DNA of 37,733 nucleotides from Escherichia coli (GTDB lineage Bacteria; Pseudomonadota; Gammaproteobacteria; Enterobacterales; Enterobacteriaceae): NCBI RefSeq assembly GCF_003334355.1, contig NZ_QOWP01000034.1; one strand, 5' to 3'. Shown piece by piece: positions 30,901 to 37,733 of this stretch (position 1 is its first letter; each line of letters starts with the position of its first letter). The notes under the pieces were generated by a model. It saw only the letters and a program-made list of their open reading frames with translations, ran no database searches and was not told where the DNA came from. The position numbers and the translations under genes were made by a program.

Positions 30901-31719
30901 GGCGAGATCACCGGGCGCGAACATACCCATCTGGCGCTGCACAAAGAGGACGAGAAGATTCGCTTTCGCGATATTCAGGCGCAGCCGCGTAAAATTATCT
31001 CCAGCCCCACCTGGTCCGGTCTGGAAAGCGATCACGTATCCTATAACGCGGGATACACCAACGTTCATGAGTTAATTCCGTGGCGCACGCTGTCGGGACG
31101 CCAGCAGCTCTATCAGGATCATCCGTGGATGCGTGCTTTTGGTGAAAGCCTGGTGGCTTATCGCCCGCCTATCGACACCCGTAGCGTCAGTGAGATGCGC
31201 CAGATACCGCCAAACGGCTTCCCGGAAAAAGCACTTAACTTCCTGACGCCGCACCAGAAATGGGGCATTCACTCAACCTACAGTGAAAACCTGCTAATGC
31301 TGACGCTCTCTCGCGGTGGACCGATTGTCTGGATCAGCGAAACAGATGCCCGAGAACTGACCATTGTCGATAACGACTGGGTGGAAGTATTCAACGCCAA
31401 CGGCGCACTGACTGCCCGCGCGGTGGTCAGCCAACGTGTACCGCCGGGCATGACCATGATGTATCACGCCCAGGAACGCATTATGAATATTCCTGGTTCG
31501 GAAGTAACTGGCATGCGCGGCGGCATTCATAACTCGGTCACCCGCGTTTGCCCGAAACCGACGCATATGATTGGCGGTTACGCGCAGCTGGCCTGGGGCT
31601 TTAACTACTACGGCACCGTCGGCTCGAACCGCGACGAATTCATCATGATCCGCAAGATGAAGAACGTTAACTGGCTGGATGATGAAGGTCGCGATCAGGT
31701 ACAGGAGGCGAAAAAATGA
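27979..31719 (+). CDS. narZ: Respiratory nitrate reductase Z alpha subunit (molybdopterin)
   Basis: 1246 aa from ATG 27979 (MSKLLDRFRYFKQKGETFADGHG...). N-terminal FS0 cluster motif HGVNCTGSCSW. The ORF-track start at 27922 is an upstream extension. Confidence 0.95.
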   Translation: MSKLLDRFRYFKQKGETFADGHGQVMHSNRDWEDSYRQRWQFDKIVRSTHGVNCTGSCSWKIYVKNGLVTWEIQQTDYPRTRPDLPNHEPRGCPRGASYSWYLYSANRLKYPLIRKRLIELWREALKQHSDPVLAWASIMNDPQKCLSYKQVRGRGGFIRSNWQELNQLIAAANVWTIKTYGPDRVAGFSPIPAMSMVSYAAGTRYLSLLGGTCLSFYDWYCDLPPASPMTWGEQTDVPESADWYNSSYIIAWGSNVPQTRTPDAHFFTEVRYKGTKTIAITPDYSEVAKLCDQWLAPKQGTDSALAMAMGHVILKEFHLDNPSDYFINYCRRYSDMPMLVMLEPRDDGSYVPGRMIRASDLVDGLGESNNPQWKTVAVNTAGELVVPNGSIGFRWGEKGKWNLESIAAGTETELSLTLLGQHDAVAGVAFPYFGGIENPHFRSVKHNPVLVRQLPVKNLTLVDGNTCPVVSVYDLVLANYGLDRGLEDENSAKDYAEIKPYTPAWGEQITGVPRQYIETIAREFADTAHKTHGCSMIILGAGVNHWYHMDMNYRGMINMLIFCGCVGQSGGGWAHYVGQEKLRPQTGWLPLAFALDWNRPPRQMNSTSFFYNHSSQWRYEKVSAQELLSPLADASKYSGHLIDFNVRAERMGWLPSAPQLGRNPLGIKAEADKAGLSPTEFTAQALKSGELRMACEQPDSGSNHPRNLFVWRSNLLGSSGKGHEYMQKYLLGTESGIQGKELGASDGIKPEEVEWQTAAIEGKLDLLVTLDFRMSSTCLFSDIVLPTATWYEKDDMNTSDMHPFIHPLSAAVDPAWESRSDWEIYKGIAKAFSQVCVGHLGKETDVVLQPLLHDSPAELSQPCEVLDWRKGECDLIPGKTAPNIVAVERDYPATYERFTSLGPLMDKLGNGGKGISWNTQDEIDFLGKLNYTKRDGPAQGRPLIDTAIDASEVILALAPETNGHVAVKAWQALGEITGREHTHLALHKEDEKIRFRDIQAQPRKIISSPTWSGLESDHVSYNAGYTNVHELIPWRTLSGRQQLYQDHPWMRAFGESLVAYRPPIDTRSVSEMRQIPPNGFPEKALNFLTPHQKWGIHSTYSENLLMLTLSRGGPIVWISETDARELTIVDNDWVEVFNANGALTARAVVSQRVPPGMTMMYHAQERIMNIPGSEVTGMRGGIHNSVTRVCPKPTHMIGGYAQLAWGFNYYGTVGSNRDEFIMIRKMKNVNWLDDEGRDQVQEAKK

Positions 31720-33260
31720 AAATCCGTTCGCAAGTCGGCATGGTGCTTAATCTCGATAAATGTATCGGCTGCCATACCTGTTCGGTGACCTGTAAAAACG
31801 TCTGGACCGGACGCGAAGGCATGGAGTACGCATGGTTTAACAACGTCGAAACCAAACCGGGCATTGGTTATCCGAAAAACTGGGAAGATCAGGAAGAGTG
31901 GCAAGGCGGCTGGGTGCGTGATGTGAATGGCAAGATACGCCCGCGTCTGGGCAACAAGATGGGCGTAATAACCAAAATCTTCGCCAACCCGGTGGTGCCG
32001 CAGATTGATGATTACTACGAACCTTTCACCTTCGACTACGAACATTTGCATAGCGCACCGGAAGGCAAACATATTCCTACTGCTCGCCCGCGTTCACTGA
32101 TTGACGGCAAACGGATGGACAAAGTGATCTGGGGGCCAAACTGGGAAGAACTGCTGGGCGGTGAGTTCGAAAAACGTGCCCGCGACCGCAACTTCGAGGC
32201 CATGCAAAAGGAGATGTACGGGCAGTTTGAAAACACCTTCATGATGTACCTGCCGCGCCTGTGCGAACACTGCCTCAATCCCAGCTGCGTGGCGACCTGC
32301 CCAAGCGGCGCTATCTACAAACGCGAAGAAGACGGCATTGTGCTGATTGATCAGGATAAATGCCGTGGCTGGCGTTTGTGCATAAGCGGTTGTCCGTACA
32401 AAAAAATCTACTTCAACTGGAAAAGCGGCAAGTCAGAAAAATGCATCTTCTGTTACCCACGAATTGAGTCCGGTCAACCGACCGTGTGCTCAGAAACCTG
32501 CGTGGGTCGCATCCGGTATCTGGGCGTGCTGCTTTACGACGCCGACCGCATCGAGGAAGCGGCGAGCACCGAGCGCGAAGTTGACCTCTATGAACGCCAG
32601 TGCGAAGTGTTCCTCGATCCACACGATCCCTCAGTGATCGAGGAAGCCCTGAAACAAGGTATTCCACAAAATGTGATTGACGCTGCCCAGCGTTCGCCAG
32701 TCTACAAAATGGCGATGGACTGGAAACTGGCACTACCGTTGCACCCTGAATACCGCACCCTGCCGATGGTCTGGTACGTTCCTCCGCTGTCACCGATTCA
32801 GTCCTACGCAGATGCGGGCGGTTTGCCGAAAAGCGAAGGCGTGCTGCCCGCCATCGAAAGCCTGCGTATTCCGGTGCAATATCTCGCCAATATGTTGAGT
32901 GCCGGCGATACCGGTCCGGTACTGCGGGCGCTGAAACGGATGATGGCGATGCGCCACTATATGCGTTCACAAACCGTGGAAGGCGTTACTGATACTCGTG
33001 CCATCGACGAAGTAGGCCTGAGCGTCGCCCAGGTCGAAGAGATGTATCGCTATCTCGCCATTGCCAACTATGAAGATCGTTTTGTTATCCCGACCAGCCA
33101 TCGGGAAATGGCGGGCGATGCCTTCGCAGAACGCAACGGCTGCGGTTTTACCTTTGGCGACGGTTGCCACGGTTCGGACAGTAAATTCAACCTGTTCAAC
33201 AGTAGCCGTATCGATGCCATCAACATCACCGAAGTGCGCGACAAAGCGGAGGGCGAATAA
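31716..33260 (+). CDS. narY: Respiratory nitrate reductase Z beta subunit (Fe-S)
   Basis: 514 aa with ferredoxin Cys clusters (CIGCHTCSVTC, CEHCLNPSCVATCP, CRGWRLCISGCP). ATGA overlap with narZ. Confidence 0.95.
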   Translation: MKIRSQVGMVLNLDKCIGCHTCSVTCKNVWTGREGMEYAWFNNVETKPGIGYPKNWEDQEEWQGGWVRDVNGKIRPRLGNKMGVITKIFANPVVPQIDDYYEPFTFDYEHLHSAPEGKHIPTARPRSLIDGKRMDKVIWGPNWEELLGGEFEKRARDRNFEAMQKEMYGQFENTFMMYLPRLCEHCLNPSCVATCPSGAIYKREEDGIVLIDQDKCRGWRLCISGCPYKKIYFNWKSGKSEKCIFCYPRIESGQPTVCSETCVGRIRYLGVLLYDADRIEEAASTEREVDLYERQCEVFLDPHDPSVIEEALKQGIPQNVIDAAQRSPVYKMAMDWKLALPLHPEYRTLPMVWYVPPLSPIQSYADAGGLPKSEGVLPAIESLRIPVQYLANMLSAGDTGPVLRALKRMMAMRHYMRSQTVEGVTDTRAIDEVGLSVAQVEEMYRYLAIANYEDRFVIPTSHREMAGDAFAERNGCGFTFGDGCHGSDSKFNLFNSSRIDAINITEVRDKAEGE

Positions 33261-33955
33261 TGCAGATCCTCAAAGTGATCGGCCTGTTGATGGAGTATCC
33301 GGACGAGCTGTTGTGGGAATGCAAGGAGGACGCGCTGGCGTTGATCCGCCGCGACGCGCCGATGCTTACGGATTTCACCCACAACCTGCTTAACGCGCCG
33401 CTGCTGGATAAACAGGCCGAATGGTGCGAAGTGTTTGACCGCGGGCGCACTACGTCGCTGCTGCTGTTCGAACATGTTCATGCCGAGTCCCGCGATCGCG
33501 GCCAGGCAATGGTGGACCTGCTGGCGGAGTATGAAAAGGTCGGCCTGCAGCTGGATTGTCGGGAACTGCCCGATTATCTACCGCTGTATCTGGAGTATTT
33601 AAGCATACTGCCTGACGATCAGGCGAAAGAAGGATTGCTCAATGTTGCGCCGATCCTCGCCCTGCTTGGCGGTCGCTTAAAACAACGCGAGGCACCGTGG
33701 TACGCGTTGTTTGATGCTCTGCTGCAACTGGCGGGAAGTACACTTTCAAGTGACAGTGTCACAAAACAAGTAAACAGCGAAGAGCGCGATGACACCCGCC
33801 AGGCGCTTGATGCAGTGTGGGAAGAGGAACAGGTGAAGTTTATTGAAGATAACGCCACGGCGTGTGACAGCTCGCCGCTTAATCAATATCAGCGACGCTT
33901 TAGCCAGGATGTCGCGCCGCAATATGTCGACATCAGTGCGGGAGGTGGGAAATGA
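33260..33955 (+). CDS. narW: Nitrate reductase Z assembly chaperone (NarJ paralog)
   Basis: 231 aa ([20 protein letters not shown]...). TAATG overlap with narY. Confidence 0.92.
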
Positions 33956-34632
33956 TTCAGTATCTGAACGTCTTTTTTTACGATATCTACCCGTACATTT
34001 GTGCGACGGTGTTTTTCCTCGGCAGCTGGCTGCGCTACGACTACGGGCAGTACACCTGGCGCGCCTCCTCAAGTCAAATGCTCGATAAACGCGGGATGGT
34101 GATATGGTCGAATCTGTTCCATATCGGCATTTTGGGGATTTTCTTCGGGCACTTGTTCGGCATGTTAACGCCGCACTGGATGTACGCGTGGTTTTTGCCA
34201 GTGGCAGCGAAACAACTCATGGCGATGGTGCTCGGCGGTATTTGCGGTGTGTTGACGTTGATTGGCGGCGCAGGACTGCTGTGGCGCAGGCTGACAAATC
34301 AGCGCGTGCGTGCCACTTCTACCACGCCGGATATCATCATCATGAGCATTTTGCTGATCCAGTGTCTGCTAGGGCTAAGTACCATACCGTTTTCAGCACA
34401 GTATCCTGATGGTAGCGAAATGATGAAGCTGGTGGGTTGGGCGCAAAGCATTGTCACTTTCCGTGGTGGATCGTCAGAGATGCTTAACGGCGTAGCGTTC
34501 GTCTTCCGCCTGCATCTGGTGTTGGGAATGACCATCTTCCTGCTCTTCCCGTTCACCCGACTGGTGCATGTGTGGAGCGCGCCGTTTGAGTACTTTACTC
34601 GTCGATATCAAATTGTGCGTTCGCGGCGATAA
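33952..34632 (+). CDS. narV: Respiratory nitrate reductase Z gamma subunit (cytochrome b)
   Basis: 226-aa membrane protein with conserved His residues. ATGA overlap with narW. Confidence 0.93.
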
Positions 34633-34710
34633 TTTCACCCTGGCCGGATAGCCCTTCGCTCTCCGGCCACTTGCAGGCTATGATAGTTCTCCAGTCACAG
34701 GAGAACGTTA

Positions 34711-35604
34711 ATGAAACCGCAGGTGTACCACGTCGATGCTTTTACCTCACAACCGTTTCGCGGCAATTCTGCCGGTGTTGTTTTCCCCGCCGATAATCTT
34801 AGCGAAGCGCAAATGCAGCTTATCGCCCGCGAGTTAGGCCATTCGGAAACTGCTTTTCTGCTGCACAGCGACGACAGCGATGTGCGCATCCGCTACTTTA
34901 CGCCAACGGTTGAAGTTCCGATTTGTGGTCACGCGACAGTAGCTGCGCACTATGTACGTGCGAAGGTGTTAGGTTTAGGAAATTGCACGGTCTGGCAAAC
35001 ATCGCTGGCAGGAAAACATCGCGTGACTATCGAAAAGCACCACGATGATTATCGTATTTCGCTGGAACAAGGTACGCCGGGCTTTGAGCCACCGCTGGAA
35101 GGTGAAACACGTGAGGCGATTATCAACGCGCTTCATCTCACTGAGGACGATATTCTGCCAGGCTTGCCAATTCAGGTGGCAACAACAGGACACTCAAAAG
35201 TGATGATCCCGTTGAAACCGGAAGTGGATATCGACGCCCTTTCTCCTGACCTTAATGCGCTGACCGCTATCAGCAAACAGATTGGCTGCAATGGTTTCTT
35301 CCCGTTCCAGATCCGCCCAGGCAAAAACGAAACCGATGGTCGCATGTTCTCGCCTGCGATTGGTATTGTGGAAGATCCGGTGACTGGCAATGCCAATGGC
35401 CCGATGGGTGCATGGTTGGTACATCACAACGTATTGCCCCACGATGGCAAGGTGCTGCGTGTTAAAGGCCATCAGGGGCGCGCATTGGGGCGTGACGGCG
35501 TGATTGAAGTGACGGTGACAATTCGTGATAACCAACCGGAAAAAGTCACCATTTCTGGCGCGGCGGTGATTTTGTTTCATGCCGAATGGGCAATTAAACT
35601 CTGA
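34711..35604 (+). CDS. yddE: PhzF-family isomerase-like protein
   Basis: 297 aa (MKPQVYHVDAFTSQPFRGNSAGVVF...). The N-terminal DAFT...GN.AGVV segment is typical of the PhzF/DapF-like fold. Confidence 0.88.
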   Translation: MKPQVYHVDAFTSQPFRGNSAGVVFPADNLSEAQMQLIARELGHSETAFLLHSDDSDVRIRYFTPTVEVPICGHATVAAHYVRAKVLGLGNCTVWQTSLAGKHRVTIEKHHDDYRISLEQGTPGFEPPLEGETREAIINALHLTEDDILPGLPIQVATTGHSKVMIPLKPEVDIDALSPDLNALTAISKQIGCNGFFPFQIRPGKNETDGRMFSPAIGIVEDPVTGNANGPMGAWLVHHNVLPHDGKVLRVKGHQGRALGRDGVIEVTVTIRDNQPEKVTISGAAVILFHAEWAIKL

Positions 35605-35611
35605 AACCGTT

Positions 35612-35687
35612 GCCTGATGCGCTTCGCTTATCAGGTCTACAACCGAGCTAATGTATGCCGGATAAGGCGTTTACGCCGCATCCGGCA
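35612..35687. repeat. BIME: two REP units, 35612-35640 and 35655-35687
   Basis: GCCTGATGCGCTTCGCTTATCAGGTCTAC and ATGCCGGATAAGGCGTTTACGCCGCATCCGGCA. Near-identical to the REP pair at 18402-18499. Confidence 0.85.
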
Positions 35688-35699
35688 ACCTGACATAAA

Positions 35700-36545
35700 T
35701 TATTTTCCCGCCTCCGGGTGCGTATCAAAAGCCGCCATCACCAGCGCTAACTCATCCACGGTAAAGCCATGTTTCGCATCATCCACGCCCAGACCAAACT
35801 GTTCTTGCATCACAGCATATAATGACGCCACATCCGGTAGATTTCGCTGCTCCACCGCGTGCCCATTTTCATAATGGGTAAAATGAAAATTGGTCAGTGT
35901 CAGCTTGCCGCCGTCCGGCAAATGGCGGCACATCAGCAAATGATGGCGAAAATGCGACTGCGGCCAGTGCGCCGACCAGAAATTGCCCATCACATAATCG
36001 CTTTGTTGCTGCTCGCAGAGATCAAAACGGTACATCGACTGCCAGTGCTGATGATGATTAAACTGCAACACCCAATCATCACCCTCCTGCAACAACCGAT
36101 AATCTCCGTGTGGCGTGGTCTGCACGAGATCGGAAACTAAACGAATCGGCGCGGTTAGCGTCTGCCCACCGAAACCGACATCAGCAATCCATTTTTCCTC
36201 TTCCAGTTCCACCAACAGCAAACGATGGGTGCGCGGCGGTAATGCTGGCGGATTTGATAACACTACGCGCCCTAACAAGCTGCGAACATTAAACCCCAGC
36301 TCGCGTAACACCCGCTCAAACACGCCATTCTGCTCAAAACAGTAACCGCCACGGCGGGCTATCACCAGTTTCTCTTCCAGCGATTGATCATCAAGCTGCA
36401 TTTCCCTCGGCAGCAAAACGTCAAGGTTTTCAAACGGAATGGTGCAATTGTGTTTCAGGTGCAATGCACGAAGCGTATCAATATTGACCGCAGCAGTTCC
36501 CGACCAGTTAATACGGGCAAAATAGTGATTCAGAATGGGCGTCAT
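35700..36545 (-). CDS. nhoA: Arylamine N-acetyltransferase (N-hydroxyarylamine O-acetyltransferase)
   Basis: 281 aa on the minus strand (MTPILNHYFARINWSGTAAVNIDTLRALHLKH...). Catalytic Cys in the RRGGYCFEQN motif typical of NAT enzymes. Confidence 0.93.
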   Translation of the reverse strand: MTPILNHYFARINWSGTAAVNIDTLRALHLKHNCTIPFENLDVLLPREMQLDDQSLEEKLVIARRGGYCFEQNGVFERVLRELGFNVRSLLGRVVLSNPPALPPRTHRLLLVELEEEKWIADVGFGGQTLTAPIRLVSDLVQTTPHGDYRLLQEGDDWVLQFNHHQHWQSMYRFDLCEQQQSDYVMGNFWSAHWPQSHFRHHLLMCRHLPDGGKLTLTNFHFTHYENGHAVEQRNLPDVASLYAVMQEQFGLGVDDAKHGFTVDELALVMAAFDTHPEAGK

Positions 36546-36719
36546 CAGGCGTTTCCCTTAGTGGTTTTCTCAACTTATAACCTGGAATAGACGCCGCACC
36601 GGCTATTTTGTGCGATCGCGGACATGCATCACGTTCGCAAATCGCCAATCCCGTTAATTTCGTCGCTTATTGCGTTACGAACTACGCTTTTAAAACAACC
36701 TTCTTCGCGAGGCGATACC

Positions 36720-37289
36720 ATGAGCCGATTCATCCCCGTCGAATTACACCATGCCAGCCGTCTGTTAAATCATGGCCCAACTGTCATGATCACCAGTTTC
36801 GATGAGCAATCCCAACGGCGTAACATTATGGCTGCAGCCTGGTCAATGCCGGTGGAGTTTGAACCTCCACGCGTGGCGATTGTGGTAGATAAATCGACAT
36901 GGACCAGAGAGTTGATTGAACATAACGGTAAATTTGGCATCGTTATCCCGGGCGTTGCAGCAACTAACTGGACGTGGGCGGTGGGAAGTGTGTCGGGGCG
37001 TGATGAAGATAAATTTAATTGCTATGGCATTCCGGTTGTGAGAGGCCCGGTATTTGGTTTGCCTCTGGTCGAGGAAAAATGTCTGGCGTGGATGGAGTGT
37101 CGATTGCTACCTGCGACTTCTGCGCAAGAAGAATACGACACGCTGTTTGGCGAAGTAGTATCAGCAGCGGCAGACGCACGGGTATTTGTCGAAGGCCGCT
37201 GGCAGTTTGATGATGATAAACTCAATACGTTGCATCATTTAGGTGCTGGCACGTTTGTTACCAGCGGCAAGCGTGTTACGGCAGGTTAA
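36720..37289 (+). CDS. yddH: Flavin reductase-like domain protein
   Basis: 189 aa from ATG 36720 (MSRFIPVELHHASRLLNHGPTVMITSFDEQ...). The ORF-track start at 36624 is an upstream extension. Divergent from nhoA. Confidence 0.85.
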   Translation: MSRFIPVELHHASRLLNHGPTVMITSFDEQSQRRNIMAAAWSMPVEFEPPRVAIVVDKSTWTRELIEHNGKFGIVIPGVAATNWTWAVGSVSGRDEDKFNCYGIPVVRGPVFGLPLVEEKCLAWMECRLLPATSAQEEYDTLFGEVVSAAADARVFVEGRWQFDDDKLNTLHHLGAGTFVTSGKRVTAG

Positions 37290-37292
37290 GCA

Positions 37293-37520
37293 TTACATGC
37301 TGTAACCGGGTTTCTTTATCAAAGCCTCCATTTGGGGCTCGATTTCGGCATCCCAGATAGCTTGCCAAGATTCTGGTTGAATCTGCTGTAGAGCAATGCT
37401 TATCGAGCTATCTTTACTGTTCAGATGGCGAATAATAACGTCGGTAATATCTGCAGCAAGTGCTGCTTTTTGTTGTTCGTCCAGTTCACGCGGAAAGCAT
37501 TTAATGTCGATGTGCGGCAT
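37293..37520 (-). CDS. pptA: Tautomerase (4-oxalocrotonate tautomerase family)
   Basis: 75 aa from ATG at 37518-37520 ([30 protein letters not shown]...), with the catalytic Pro directly after the initiator Met. Convergent with yddH, with stops 3 nt apart. Confidence 0.85.
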   Translation of the reverse strand: MPHIDIKCFPRELDEQQKAALAADITDVIIRHLNSKDSSISIALQQIQPESWQAIWDAEIEPQMEALIKKPGYSM

Positions 37521-37733
37521 GATTACGCTCCTTTTGAAAGATGTCAGTAAAATTAACACACATTGTGAATGTCATGTGTCCGGTAAAGCGTTTATACGAC
37601 AATAATGCCCAGGGCAAGATTACGAAAGCCCGCTCCCCGTAAGGACTGACGCCAGGTAGTTTCTGTCCATGGCTGCTTTTCGCATCTTACGTCTTAACCC
37701 TGCCTTGAATACCTTATCATTCGTCAAAATATT

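Noticed and set aside
1-37733. CRISPR arrays, tRNA/rRNA genes, IS elements, integrases and prophage modules
   Set aside because: No regularly spaced direct repeats, no tRNA-like cloverleaf regions flanking the AT-rich islet, and no transposase or integrase-like ORFs were seen in any frame.
37561-37733. Terminal 170 bp after pptA
   Set aside because: No ORF or recognisable element is complete within the window, and an adjacent gene, if present, lies mostly outside it.

Overview
This 37.7-kb window reads as a contiguous stretch of Escherichia coli chromosome with no sign of a previously undescribed multi-gene system. Gene order, protein lengths and motifs match the well-characterised E. coli K-12 region around 33-34 min, read in the opposite orientation to the reference numbering. 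All calls are from reading the sequence and from recall of protein families; no database search was run. Order on the + strand: gadB 3' end, gadC, yddW, dosC-dosP, ddpXABCDF, osmC (-), bdm-sra, maeA, adhP, yddM, fdnI-fdnH-fdnG (-, with in-frame UGA selenocysteine codon), yddG, a porin N-terminal pseudogene, a leucine-rich-repeat (LRR) protein ORF, narU, narZYWV, yddE, nhoA (-), yddH, pptA (-). I found no rRNA, tRNA, CRISPR array, IS element or prophage. The window is dense in stationary-phase, anaerobic and stress genes. The parts most worth a second look are: (1) an AT-rich islet between yddG and narU holding a decayed porin gene and an uninterrupted 443-codon LRR ORF, (2) a solitary HigA-family antitoxin (yddM) with no toxin partner, (3) a sigma-54-type promoter with GCAC-rich upstream repeats in front of ddpX, and (4) selenocysteine recoding in fdnG with FNR/NarL-like promoter sites.
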